64,000 bases of DNA from Polyangiaceae bacterium (GTDB lineage: Bacteria > Myxococcota_A > Polyangia > Polyangiales > Polyangiaceae): assembly GCA_965222375.1 (NCBI GenBank), contig CBDCTZ010000016.1:928001-992000 (forward strand), read 5' to 3'. The position numbers and the translations under genes are program-made. This document shows positions 18,053-27,606 of this stretch, piece after piece (the stretch's first letter is position 1; every line of letters starts with the position of its first letter). The notes beneath the pieces were generated by a model. That model was not told the origin of the DNA. It made no database searches and worked only from the letters and a program-made list of their open reading frames with translations.

Positions 18053-20131
18053 ATGAGCCCCGTGAAAAGACGGTTTCAACGCCTGTGTGGCGGGTTTGCT
18101 TTGACGGTTTTCGTTTCCGCGTGCGGGAGCGACGATGGTGGATCCAGTAGTTGCGGTGCGGACTGCCCGACGAAGGGTACGCAAGGCGTGCTCGATCTCG
18201 AGGCTGATCTGAGTGAGCAAAGCTCCTTCTTCGATGTGCCGTACCCGAGCGATCTGCGCTTGGACGCCGATGGGCACCCGCAACTGAGTGGTTTTCCGAA
18301 TCCGAACGAGCTTCAGCTCGTGGACGGCTTCGTGAGCAACGCGGGCCTTGCCAAGGGCTTCTCGACCATTGCGGTGGCGCAACTGAAGTTCTCGGCCCCA
18401 CTTTCGAAGCGGAGCCACGACGATGTGATTGCTGCAGACGCAGCTTCTCCGATCTTGCTCATCGACGTGGATGGCGACTCCCCCCAACAAGGGCAGTTGA
18501 TTCCCGTCGTCGCTGAAACCCTGCAAGAGGATATCTATGTCCCGCCGAATCTGCTGGCCGTGGCTGCACGGCCCGGATTCATCCTCAGGCCGAACAACAG
18601 CTACGCAGTGGTCGTGCGCACATCTGTGGGCGATGCGGATGGCGCCGATCTGGTTCAGCCCGGGGTGCTCGGGCGGCTGTCTCAGCGCAAACCGAAGGGT
18701 GACGCGGAAACCAAGGCCGACGCCGTGTACGCGCCGCTCTGGGCCAACCTGGATCAGTTGGGCGTGCCGCACTCGGAAGTGGCCGCCGCCACGGTGTTCA
18801 CCACCGGTGACGTGGTGGCCGAGACCGCGGAGCTGGCTGAGGGGCTACGCAACAAATACGATCTGAGCATCACGGATCTGAAGTTCCTGGACGACCCCGA
18901 GGTTCCCGAGGTGTGCATCGTCGAGGGCAACATCGAGTACCCGCAGTTTCAAAAGGGCACTCCGCCCTTCAATACGGAAGGGCTGTTCGAGTTGGGAAGC
19001 GACGGCTTGCCCACGGAGCAACGAAAGGAGACGGCGCCGGTCAAACTGATCATCCCGAACGCTCCGATGCCGGCAAACGGCTACCCCCTCGTGCTCAACA
19101 TCCATGGCTCGGGGGGCTACAGCATCGCGATGCTCCGCCCCGTTGGCGTGGACGGCAAACCGGGTGCGCCGCTGGGGCCGGCGCTGCCCTACGCCCATCG
19201 TGGGTTCGCCACCGCCGGCAGTGCCATGCCCGTGAATCCGGAACGTTTGCCGGGCGCTTCCGAGACAGCGTACTTGAACACGGCGAACTTCGTTGCGCTG
19301 CGGGATACCTTTCGCCAAGGCTTGATCGAATCGCGCTTGTTCATCAGTGCTCTGGAGAAAGTCCGGATCGAGCCCACGCTGTTGTCGAGCTGCAGTGGAG
19401 TCTCGCTTCCCGCCGGCGCAACTCAGTTCAAGTTCGATCTCTCCCGCCTCGTGCTCACTGGGCAGTCCATGGGTGGGATGTATACGAACATGCTGGCGGC
19501 CATCGAACCGCGTGTTCAAGCCGCCGTGCCCACAGGCGCGGGCGGACACTGGACCCACTTCATCTTCCTGACGCCGCTCAACAACGGGCTTTTCCCCGGT
19601 GCGCTCAACCTGGCCTTGAGCACGACGGGTACGCTGAGCTTCGTGCACCCGATGGTGAGCGTGGCCGCGGCGACCTTGGAGGGAGCTGACCCCGTCGTGT
19701 ACGTGCCCCGGATTTCTCGACGCCCCTTGGAGGGACATCCGGTGCGTCCGATCTACGAGCCCTGCGCTCCCGAGGATTCGTACTTCGCCAAGCCGACCTA
19801 CGATGCCATTGCGTTGGCCTATGGCCACCCGCAGGCCGGTGAGTCTCAGTGGACGGAGATGCAAGACGCGCTCGCGTTGGCAGGTCTGGATGGGCTGCGC
19901 CAACTTCCCCTCGAGGACAATTTGAAGAGCGAAGATGGGCGCGCCTACACGGGAGCTGTTCTGCAGTTTGCGCCCAAAGCCGCGCCGGGAGATCCCATCG
20001 CCGATGGCCACGCGATCTATTCGCGGCGCGACGACGTCAAGTTCCAGTACGCTTGCTTCGCCGAAACCTTCTTGGCGGGCAAAGCGCGCATCTTGCCGCC
20101 GAAGAGTGACTGGAAAGCGACGTGCGATTGA
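18053..20131 (+). CDS. Lipoprotein with alpha/beta-hydrolase (lipase-like) domain
   Basis: VSAC lipobox, VPYPSD, IHG oxyanion motif, GQSMGG nucleophile elbow, C-terminal DGH. Confidence 0.8.
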   Translation: MSPVKRRFQRLCGGFALTVFVSACGSDDGGSSSCGADCPTKGTQGVLDLEADLSEQSSFFDVPYPSDLRLDADGHPQLSGFPNPNELQLVDGFVSNAGLAKGFSTIAVAQLKFSAPLSKRSHDDVIAADAASPILLIDVDGDSPQQGQLIPVVAETLQEDIYVPPNLLAVAARPGFILRPNNSYAVVVRTSVGDADGADLVQPGVLGRLSQRKPKGDAETKADAVYAPLWANLDQLGVPHSEVAAATVFTTGDVVAETAELAEGLRNKYDLSITDLKFLDDPEVPEVCIVEGNIEYPQFQKGTPPFNTEGLFELGSDGLPTEQRKETAPVKLIIPNAPMPANGYPLVLNIHGSGGYSIAMLRPVGVDGKPGAPLGPALPYAHRGFATAGSAMPVNPERLPGASETAYLNTANFVALRDTFRQGLIESRLFISALEKVRIEPTLLSSCSGVSLPAGATQFKFDLSRLVLTGQSMGGMYTNMLAAIEPRVQAAVPTGAGGHWTHFIFLTPLNNGLFPGALNLALSTTGTLSFVHPMVSVAAATLEGADPVVYVPRISRRPLEGHPVRPIYEPCAPEDSYFAKPTYDAIALAYGHPQAGESQWTEMQDALALAGLDGLRQLPLEDNLKSEDGRAYTGAVLQFAPKAAPGDPIADGHAIYSRRDDVKFQYACFAETFLAGKARILPPKSDWKATCD

Positions 20132-20177
20132 CGTGTCCGAGCCTGCGACAAGCCACGACTGACCAACTGGAAGTTCC

Positions 20178-21152
20178 TTGAGCCAGCACCGACCCCACTT
20201 TGCCGACCGCGCCTTCGCGGCTCTCGCGAGCCGGCGCATGCAGTTCTCCGCGGGCTGGGGTGACGATGCGTGGCTCGAGGCAGCTCTCGAGAGGGGGCCA
20301 GGGTTTGCCACCGCTCCACCCGCGAAGATCGACTGGTTTCGCACTCGAGTCGTCCGGGGCCTCGAGGTGTCCGATGGCACCTTCGAGTCGCCGCGCCGCG
20401 ATGTGCTCCTGGACGAAGTCGCGCACGTGGTGGTGCGGCGGGTTCGGCTTCCGAATGTTCGGCGCGAGCGAGCCTTCGTGGTGTTGGCGGGCTCGCGAGA
20501 AGAGGGCTTTCGCCTGCGGCACTGGGTGTGGGATCGGGCGGTGCGCCGCCACGCGGACGCGTACTTCATCGAAAACCCGTACTACGGTCGCCGCCGCGCG
20601 GTGGGGCAACAGAGCGCGAACATTCCCACCGTGAGCCAACACTTGGCCATGAACCTCGCGTCCGTTGCAGAGGCATCCGCGCTGGTGCGCACTCTCGCGA
20701 ACGACTATTCGCGCCTGGCCGTCGCCGGCTACAGCATGGGGGGCTTCATGGCGACCCTCACCGCGCAAGTGACTCCGGTGCCCCTGGCCCTCGCCGCGCT
20801 GGCCGCTGGCATGACGCCGCGCCCGATCTACACGACGACGTTGTTCGCTCGCGCCATCGACTTCGCCGCCTTGGCCAAAGATCGTGGGTGCCAATCATCG
20901 GCTCGTGAGCGACTCGGGAGCTTGATCCATCTAGGTAGCGTCGAACACTTCCCCTCGCCGCCCCGTCCAGATGCGGCGGTCATCGTTGGCTGTCGGCGAG
21001 ACGGATTCGTTCCTCCGATCGAAGCTGAACGTCTGCATCGGCTTTTTGAAGGCAGCGAACTGCGCTGGCTGGACACCGGCCACGTGGTGGCGCCCCTATC
21101 GCACGCAGCGCCCTTGCGTCGTGCTCTCGCAGACGCACTCAATCGGCTTTGA
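20178..21152 (+). CDS. Alpha/beta hydrolase (DUF2048/ABHD18-like)
   Basis: ENPYYGRR, GYSMGG, DGFVP, WLDTGHV. Confidence 0.8.
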   Translation: MSQHRPHFADRAFAALASRRMQFSAGWGDDAWLEAALERGPGFATAPPAKIDWFRTRVVRGLEVSDGTFESPRRDVLLDEVAHVVVRRVRLPNVRRERAFVVLAGSREEGFRLRHWVWDRAVRRHADAYFIENPYYGRRRAVGQQSANIPTVSQHLAMNLASVAEASALVRTLANDYSRLAVAGYSMGGFMATLTAQVTPVPLALAALAAGMTPRPIYTTTLFARAIDFAALAKDRGCQSSARERLGSLIHLGSVEHFPSPPRPDAAVIVGCRRDGFVPPIEAERLHRLFEGSELRWLDTGHVVAPLSHAAPLRRALADALNRL

Positions 21153-21225
21153 CGCACGCCGAGCTGCGCAAAGGCGCCTGTATTTGCAGTCGCGCAAGCG
21201 CGGAGTTACAAGGGAAGGCTGACCC

Positions 21226-21705
21226 ATGGAAGTGCCGTCCCCTCCTGCCGTAGAAGACTCCGATTCTGACGACGTACGCTGGGCCCTCGAGACCGCCAAT
21301 GCTGTTTGGGGTCGAGGTGACATCCGCGAAGCCTTGCAATGGATTCGCCGTGCCGCGGAAGCTGCCGCAGAGGTCGGAGCGGATATGCGCGCCGTGCACC
21401 TGGCGAAGAGTGCCGCGGACCTGCGTGGACTGCTTGACGTGCCCCGCACGGCGCCGCCACCGGCAGCGGGGATTGACGTGGACGTGGAGATCCCACCGAG
21501 CCCCCCGCCCAGCGAGCTAGCCAAGAAGGGCAAAGAGCGCGTGCGTCACCACGCGATTCGGGTGGCAGTGTCGCTTTCCATGGAAGAAATGGGCGCTCTG
21601 GTTGCCAAACCCATGAAACCCGGCGAGCAGGCACCGGAGGGCAGCCACGAAGCCGTGATCATCGCGCTGGACCCGGACGCGGATCTCTTCGTGTTCAAGG
21701 GCTGA
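21226..21705 (+). CDS. Hypothetical protein
   Basis: Protein-like ORF (DDVRWALETA...WIRRAAEAA) with upstream GGAAGG. Confidence 0.7.
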   Translation: MEVPSPPAVEDSDSDDVRWALETANAVWGRGDIREALQWIRRAAEAAAEVGADMRAVHLAKSAADLRGLLDVPRTAPPPAAGIDVDVEIPPSPPPSELAKKGKERVRHHAIRVAVSLSMEEMGALVAKPMKPGEQAPEGSHEAVIIALDPDADLFVFKG

Positions 21706-21818
21706 GCCGGGCCCAGGGCGCGCCGTATTTTGCGTGCTTTCGCCGCGGAACGCGGACCCCGCGCGGATGACTACGTCAAACCGACCACGGACTGTAAGCG
21801 GCGGGTGGGTCTCTCGTT

Positions 21819-23822
21819 ATGAGGTGGATGTCCTTTCCATCTGTGCGAAGTGTTCTCGGTGCGTTGAGCCTGTCTGCCGTCGCCTTGGGCCTGTTGGGCG
21901 CATCTGCCTGCGGCCGGGGCGCCAAGTCTGGCGCGCTCAGCGCCGTCAACAAACACCCCTCCCACGCCTCCCTGAAGGCGTTTGATTCCGAGGGCGAACT
22001 CAAGCGCTACCTGGAGCACCTGCGCGAAAAGCAGGAGCGCCAGCGCCGCACGTCTCAACCCCAGGCGGGCTACGGCCAACAGCCGGGTGCGCCTCCGCCG
22101 GCGCAGGCTCCCGCAGCGGAGGCGGAAGCCTCCGCGGCCCAAAGCGTCGACGCACCGAGCGATTCCAACGGCGACTCCAACGGCGACTCCGACGGCGAAT
22201 CCGTTACCAACACCCAGCACGCCGGCGTGGACGAGGGCGGCATCGTCAAAGTGCACGGCAATCACTTGGTCGTGTTGCGGCGCGGTCGCTTGTTCACCGT
22301 AGAAATCGGCAACGGCGAGCTGACGCCGATCTCCGCCGTGGATGCCTTTGGTCCGGACATCAATTCCGGCGGCACTTGGTACGACGAGATGCTGCTGTCG
22401 AAGAATACCGTCGTGGTGATCGGCTACAGCTACGAGCGCGGTGGCACCGAGGTCGGACTGTTCGACATCAGCAGGACCGGCAAGCTCAGCTACCGCTCGA
22501 CCTACCACCTGCGCTCCAACGACTACTACTCGTCGCGGAACTACGCGAGTCGTCTGATTGGTGACAAGCTGATCTTCTACTCACCCCTGTACCTCTCGCT
22601 GCACGACGAAGACGTGTTTCAGTCTTTCCCGGCCATGCGCAAGTGGCGCCGCGGCGCGAAGAAGAGCGAGTTTCGTCGCATCGCGGCCGCGCATAGTGTG
22701 TACCGTCCCGCCACGCCGCTGCGCTCCGAGTCGGGGATCGCGCTGCACACGGTCACGGTTTGCGATCTGGCAAAGCGAGACATGAGTTGCCGCGCCACCT
22801 CGGTGATGGGCCCGCCGGGGCGCGTGTTCTACGTGTCGCCGAGTTCCGTCTACGTCTGGACCAGCGAGTGGATGCAGAGCACGAAGGGGCAGCGCTCCCA
22901 CGTGTACCGCATGCCACTGGATGGCTCCGGACCGTCGGCTCTGCGCGTGCAAGGCGCACCCGTCGATCAGTTTTCGTTCCTCGAGAGCTCCGATGGTCAC
23001 CTGAACGTGTTGGTGCGCTCGGATTCGGTGGGCGCCGGCATGTGGGGAGCCGAAACCGCACAGGGCGACGTTGCCTTGATGCGTGTGAGACTGCGAAGCT
23101 TCGGAACTGGATCCAGCTCGGCTCCGCGCAGTGCTTACAAGCGTCTGCCCAAGCCCGACGGCCACACGTTCCAAAACCGCTTCGTGGGCGATCACTTGAT
23201 GTACGGAACCGGCAGCGGCTGGGGCAGCCCCGAATCGCGCAAGCGCGGTGCAGTGTACGCCGTGCGCTATGCGAACGGCGGCGTGACTCGCGTGGGGCTG
23301 CGGCATGGAGTCGATCGGATCGAGTCCATGGGCGGACACAGCGTTGTCGTCGGCACCGACGGCAAGAACCTCCACTTCACTCCGGTGCGGCTCGGTTCGC
23401 GCCCCTCCGCGGCGCCGAGCTATGTGCGTGCCAACGCCTCTCAAGGGGAGCTGCGCAGCCACGGCTTCTTCTACAAGCCCAAGGGCAAGGACACGGGCCT
23501 GCTGGGGTTGCCCATCAGCGAACCGGGTCGCCCGGGCTACGAGCATCTGTTTCACAACTCGGCATCAGTGTTGTTTCTGAAGAACAACGCGCTGCGCTTC
23601 ACGGAGTTGGGCACCCTGGGTGCGCGGCCTGAGGCTGCCAAGGACGACGGATGCAAGGCTTCCTGTGTCGACTGGTACGGCAATGCCCGACCGCTATTCC
23701 TGAAGGGCCGCGTGTTCGCGCTGCTCGGCTACGAGGTCGTCGAAGGTCGTTTGCGAGATGGTCGTATCCGCGAGTCGCGCCGGATCAACTTCGCCCCCAG
23801 CGTGCCCAAGATCGCTCGCTAG
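21819..23822 (+). CDS. Secreted lipoprotein with beta-propeller domain (Beta_propel family)
   Basis: ASAC lipobox; TNTQHAGVDEGGIVK signature. Confidence 0.85.
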   Translation: MRWMSFPSVRSVLGALSLSAVALGLLGASACGRGAKSGALSAVNKHPSHASLKAFDSEGELKRYLEHLREKQERQRRTSQPQAGYGQQPGAPPPAQAPAAEAEASAAQSVDAPSDSNGDSNGDSDGESVTNTQHAGVDEGGIVKVHGNHLVVLRRGRLFTVEIGNGELTPISAVDAFGPDINSGGTWYDEMLLSKNTVVVIGYSYERGGTEVGLFDISRTGKLSYRSTYHLRSNDYYSSRNYASRLIGDKLIFYSPLYLSLHDEDVFQSFPAMRKWRRGAKKSEFRRIAAAHSVYRPATPLRSESGIALHTVTVCDLAKRDMSCRATSVMGPPGRVFYVSPSSVYVWTSEWMQSTKGQRSHVYRMPLDGSGPSALRVQGAPVDQFSFLESSDGHLNVLVRSDSVGAGMWGAETAQGDVALMRVRLRSFGTGSSSAPRSAYKRLPKPDGHTFQNRFVGDHLMYGTGSGWGSPESRKRGAVYAVRYANGGVTRVGLRHGVDRIESMGGHSVVVGTDGKNLHFTPVRLGSRPSAAPSYVRANASQGELRSHGFFYKPKGKDTGLLGLPISEPGRPGYEHLFHNSASVLFLKNNALRFTELGTLGARPEAAKDDGCKASCVDWYGNARPLFLKGRVFALLGYEVVEGRLRDGRIRESRRINFAPSVPKIAR

Positions 23823-23894
23823 CTGCGCCTGCGACGGCGCGCGGCGTCGCTACCCGCGGGGGCCGCTGGGGGGCGCTGCTCGCGGGAGCCTGCG

Positions 23895-24101
23895 CTAGGC
23901 GCAGCTGTCCGCGGGCCCCACTAGCTCGCGAGTGCGATCCACGACCCTAGCGGGTGTCGTTGCACACGGATCGCACTCGTTGCCACAACACTGGCGCCAC
24001 GGGCGGTCGCGGCGCTGCGGCAGCGGTCGCACGGTCTCCCGGAACGCCTCGTCCAGGAAGTTTTCCTGCATGGCTTGGCTCAGCGCCGCCTCGAGATCCA
24101 C
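23895..24101 (-). CDS. Small Cys-motif protein (oxidoreductase-like N-terminal, CCGxxCxPC)
   Basis: RQCCGNECDPC motif. Confidence 0.55.
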   Translation of the reverse strand: MDLEAALSQAMQENFLDEAFRETVRPLPQRRDRPWRQCCGNECDPCATTPARVVDRTRELVGPADSCA

Positions 24102-24171
24102 CCGTACAATCTACGTGAAATCCGCGCCGCGTCGAGTCAGGGGCGCGCCAAGTTACACTTCGGCTCCCCAA

Positions 24172-24321
24172 GGGTCTCGCGTTGAGAACTTGCATACAAG
24201 CTCTGGGGGCGGGGGGTTGCGGGTCTCGCGTTGAGAGCTTGCATACAAGCTCTGGAGGCGGGGGGTTGCGGGTCTCACGCTGAGAGCTTGTATACAAGCT
24301 TTGGAGGTAAGGGGTTGCGGG
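24172..24321. repeat. Three tandem 49-bp units, each with an internal palindrome
   Basis: Units start at 24172, 24221 and 24270; AGAGCTTG-CATA-CAAGCTCT inverted repeat, perfect in unit 2. Confidence 0.9.
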
Positions 24322-24324
24322 CTA

Positions 24325-26142
24325 CTACCGCGCCACGAACTCCCGAGTTGCCGCGGCCAATTCTGGCCCGGGCAGGTGCTCATCCACCTGTATCCGTTTG
24401 CCGATCAAGTGCTCGAGGGCATCGAGGGCGTATAGCCGAACCAAAGGGATCGGATCTTCGAGCACTTCCAACAACGCGGGAACCGCTGCGGTCAACCGCG
24501 CGTTCTTGGCCATGCTGGCGGCCGTTGCGCGCTCGTGAGACTTGCCACGCTGCAGCGTAGCGATGACGACATTCGCATTCATGCTGCCGTACAGAGCGCG
24601 CAGTCGCTTCCGATCCACGCGCGGCTTCCACTGCTCCAGCGCCTTGGCCATGCGCGCGACGGAGTAGGTCGCGTGGCAGCCCGCGCACTCGATGGGCCGG
24701 TCGCGATATAGGCGCTCCGAATCCGTTGGCGATCCAATGCGGTGATAGTTGGTCAACGCATACGCGAGCCCCATGTTCTTCTTCACCATGTGGCAGTCGA
24801 TGCAGCTGGCCTGCCCGTCGGCATGTCGTGTGTGGGCGCGTCGACGCTCTGGATCTGCGTAGCTCTCGTGGCAACCCGTACACAGGGCGACGCCCTTCGC
24901 TCCCTGCAAGCGTTTCAGCAGGCCAGGGCGATCCCGAGCGTGTGGGTCATGGCAGTGCGAGCAGCTCATTTCGCTCTGGCAGCCCCCCAACATGAAGTCT
25001 CGGGCCTCACCGGAGTTGACGTGGCTGCCGCCGTTGCCCTGAGCACCTTGCTCCCAGGTGTGGGCATAACCCGAGAACAACACCGTGTGGCAGCGAGCGC
25101 AGGCACGGGTTTGCTGCTGCGCGGGCGTCAGCGCGTTGCCGTTTGCCTGCACCTCCCTTGCGAAGGAACTTTGGAATCCGAAGCTCATCCGTGCGCCGCC
25201 GGGATCGGCGGCGTGCTGTTTGCCACCGCCGTGACAGGACTCGCAGCCGATACCTAGCTCCACCAAGTGACTTTCGGAGAACTTCTCGCGGGTCGCTTCA
25301 ATGGCGGCCACCAGCCGTGACTTGTGGGAGCGCTGGCTGCCAGGCTTTCCTCCAAGACGCGACAACTCAGCGGACAGCGCAGCATTCAAAGCGTCCGGCG
25401 ACTCCAGCTGTATCTGCGGCGCGCGACTCTTGGGCAGCAGAAACGATACCGAGCCCTGGTACTTCGGGGCGCCGGGCCCGTGCAGCGCCGCGTAGCTCGC
25501 GACGAGCGTGGGCACCGTGTTGTGACAGAAGATGCACGTGGTCCGCCACCTGGCACCCTTCCTGAGTCCGTTGCGCTCCGGTGTCATGACCGAATAGCCC
25601 TTGTAGCGGTAGCGCTTGTTGAACCTCAGCCACGAGACGGGAAGTATGCGTTCGGTGCCGTTGGGCTCGCTCCGGTCCAAGGGCCCGGCAACGCGCACGC
25701 CGGCAAAGTCTTCGCGGGTGCGCCCTCCGATCACTTTGGTCACTCGCCACCAAGACGCGCCGTCTCGTTGAGTGTCCAGACGCATGAAGCGGATCTTGTC
25801 TCGCGTCAGCAACGTGGCGACGTCCGCGCCAAGCCTCAGCTGTTCGCCCCCAAAGGGCGCATCAATCTTTGCGGCCTGTGCGCCCCGAGTCATGCGCCGC
25901 ATGGGCGACTCGAAAAAGCGCTTCGTGATGGCGCGGTGGCAGGGCACACAAGCGCCCGAACCCGCGTAGTCGGCGCTGCGTACGTTGCTCTTCACCAGGG
26001 GGCGTGAGGGGCCTGCGCCGGGGCTCTTGGCCTCGTCACAAGCTTGGCTCAACAGGGCGACGAGCGCGCCGAGGGCGAGACGAGGTACGCGCACGCCTGC
26101 TCGGTACCCCCTTGGCGGCGCGGCGAAAAGGGGCCGCCGCAC
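24325..26142 (-). CDS. Octaheme c-type cytochrome lipoprotein with C-terminal HEAT-like repeat
   Basis: Eight CxxCH motifs (CVPCH, CIFCH, CESCH, CARCH, CSHCH, CTGCH, CIDCH, CAGCH); SQAC lipobox; true start may be ~26094. Confidence 0.88.
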   Translation of the reverse strand: MRRPLFAAPPRGYRAGVRVPRLALGALVALLSQACDEAKSPGAGPSRPLVKSNVRSADYAGSGACVPCHRAITKRFFESPMRRMTRGAQAAKIDAPFGGEQLRLGADVATLLTRDKIRFMRLDTQRDGASWWRVTKVIGGRTREDFAGVRVAGPLDRSEPNGTERILPVSWLRFNKRYRYKGYSVMTPERNGLRKGARWRTTCIFCHNTVPTLVASYAALHGPGAPKYQGSVSFLLPKSRAPQIQLESPDALNAALSAELSRLGGKPGSQRSHKSRLVAAIEATREKFSESHLVELGIGCESCHGGGKQHAADPGGARMSFGFQSSFAREVQANGNALTPAQQQTRACARCHTVLFSGYAHTWEQGAQGNGGSHVNSGEARDFMLGGCQSEMSCSHCHDPHARDRPGLLKRLQGAKGVALCTGCHESYADPERRRAHTRHADGQASCIDCHMVKKNMGLAYALTNYHRIGSPTDSERLYRDRPIECAGCHATYSVARMAKALEQWKPRVDRKRLRALYGSMNANVVIATLQRGKSHERATAASMAKNARLTAAVPALLEVLEDPIPLVRLYALDALEHLIGKRIQVDEHLPGPELAAATREFVAR

Positions 26143-26154
26143 CGGCGCTGTTCG

Positions 26155-26601
26155 TCAGCCGTCGCCGGTGCCCTGAGCCAAGGGTGGCAAGCCGAACTTG
26201 GTCGCGATGTTCGAGTAGGACACGCCGAAGAGCGCCGCGCCGACGAGGGTGCCCGCGAGGGCCGCCAAGGCGTACAGCTTGCCCTCGCCAATGTTCACCA
26301 GGATGGGGCCCGGGCACATGCCCGTGATCGACCAACCGATGCCGAAGAGGATCCCTCCGAACACATTGCCGCGGTGGCGTGGCTTTTCAGCGAGCTGCAC
26401 GGCCGCGCCGCTCATGACCTTTCCGCGCCGCTTCATCAGGTACAGGCCGGGCGCGGTCAGCGCGACTGCCGTCCCGATGATTCCGTACAGCTGAAAATCC
26501 TGGAACAGAAACATCTTTTGGATGAAGTCGTAGTCCGCTGCGCCGCTGCGACTCAGCGTCCAGCCGAAAACCAAACCGAAAAGAACGTATACGGCGGCCA
26601 T
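26155..26601 (-). CDS. YeeE/YedE (DUF6691/PmpB-like) sulfur-transport membrane protein
   Basis: GGILFGIGWSITGMCPGP motif; TAATG overlap with the upstream gene. Confidence 0.85.
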   Translation of the reverse strand: MAAVYVLFGLVFGWTLSRSGAADYDFIQKMFLFQDFQLYGIIGTAVALTAPGLYLMKRRGKVMSGAAVQLAEKPRHRGNVFGGILFGIGWSITGMCPGPILVNIGEGKLYALAALAGTLVGAALFGVSYSNIATKFGLPPLAQGTGDG

Positions 26602-27113
26602 TACAGCGCTCCGAGTACTCGGTACACGATGTTGGTGGTCACGATGCCCGCGGCCATGAACGACAGCGTGCTCACGATTCCTGAGCGCTCGAAGTTCGAG
26701 ATCCCGAAAATCCCGTGACCGCTGGTGCAACCCCCGGCCAGCCGCGTCCCAAAGCCGATCAAGATCCCACCGCCGAACATCAGTGCCACCTTCGCGGCGG
26801 GGCCAAACCCAAATACCGAGTCGAGCATTCCGGCGTCCCAAGTCGGCGCCCACTTGCCACCGAGCACGGCCGATAGCGCCCCACCGAGCAAGAGCCCTAC
26901 CAACATCGGCAACCGCCAACCATTGGACGAGAGCAGCTTGGGTCGACGAAAGTAGGGTGCCTTCACCACGAGGGAGCACACGCTCTCGAAACCCGTTGAA
27001 ATCCCCAAACGGCGATTGGTCAGCCAAAGCATGGCCAGAGTCACCAAAGCGATTCCGGCTCCCCCCCACGCCCAATGATACGGAGTGACTCCGTTGAGAA
27101 TGAGTTGCTTCAT
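26601..27113 (-). CDS. YeeE/YedE (PmpA-like) sulfur-transport membrane protein
   Basis: LGISTG and GFGTRLAGGCTSGHGI motifs. Confidence 0.88.
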   Translation of the reverse strand: MKQLILNGVTPYHWAWGGAGIALVTLAMLWLTNRRLGISTGFESVCSLVVKAPYFRRPKLLSSNGWRLPMLVGLLLGGALSAVLGGKWAPTWDAGMLDSVFGFGPAAKVALMFGGGILIGFGTRLAGGCTSGHGIFGISNFERSGIVSTLSFMAAGIVTTNIVYRVLGAL

Positions 27114-27294
27114 GATCCGCTCGGTCTAGTGCCAACCCCTTTGATCCGCCAGGTGACACAGTCCGTAGCCAATTGCCGCGACACCGGTCTTGCGAGTGCG
27201 CGGGTGCGCGAGGAATTACATGATCAGCGCGGATTTGGAGCACTCGCTGCGACACGAAAGACTCGATACGCCGCCGTCGCGCGCAATTCTTTCT

Positions 27295-27420
27295 TGGGCT
27301 GCCCACCCCCGTCGGCCCCCCGTCCATGTTCGCCAGCTTCGCTGGCGCCGCGTGACGTGGCGTAACCTCGAGGGGGCCGCCGACCCCTCCCAAGCGCTCG
27401 CTCCGCTCGCGCGGGAGGGG
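27295..27420. repeat. Diverged structured intergenic element, similar in layout to the 3661 and 5269 repeats
   Basis: Starts TGGGCTGCCC; nested hairpins CGCCAGC-TTC-GCTGGCG and CCCCTCCC...GGGAGGGG. Confidence 0.45.
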
Positions 27421-27533
27421 TACGCGAAACCCGGCGCAATCCCTCGTAAACGGCAGTGCCCCACGAAGGGTGCTTGACCTTCTCGGTCACCATGATAATA
27501 GCCGCGGTCCGATCCGTCGCATCCGACGGACCC

Positions 27534-27606
27534 GGGTCATTAGCTCAATTGGTAGAGCAGCGGACTCTTAATCCGTTGGCTGAAGGTTCGAGTCCTTCAT
27601 GACCCA
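27534..27606 (+). tRNA. tRNA-Lys(CTT)
   Basis: GGGTCATTAGCTCAATTGGTAGAGCA GCGGA CTCTTAA TCCGT TGGCT GAAGGTTCGAGTCCTTC ATGACCCA; CCA not encoded. Confidence 0.95.

Noticed and set aside
18845..20569. Long antisense ORFs (also 54960-56594, 58959-60659, 43844-45160)
   Set aside because: Typical high-GC antisense shadows of well-supported genes on the opposite strand.
22161..22200. 12-bp tandem repeat (GACTCCAACGGC)
   Set aside because: Encodes a low-complexity DSNG linker in the beta-propeller protein; ordinary.
24172..24321. Mini-CRISPR interpretation of the 49-bp repeats
   Set aside because: The units are contiguous with no unique spacers.
26602..27393. N-terminal extension of the 412-aa track ORF 26155-27393
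   Set aside because: It overlaps the real YeeE/YedE gene in another frame; the true start is the ATG at 26601.
27474..27500. Sigma-70 promoter for tRNA-Lys (TTGACC...GATAAT)
   Set aside because: The spacing to the best -10 is only 14 bp; plausible region but not callable.
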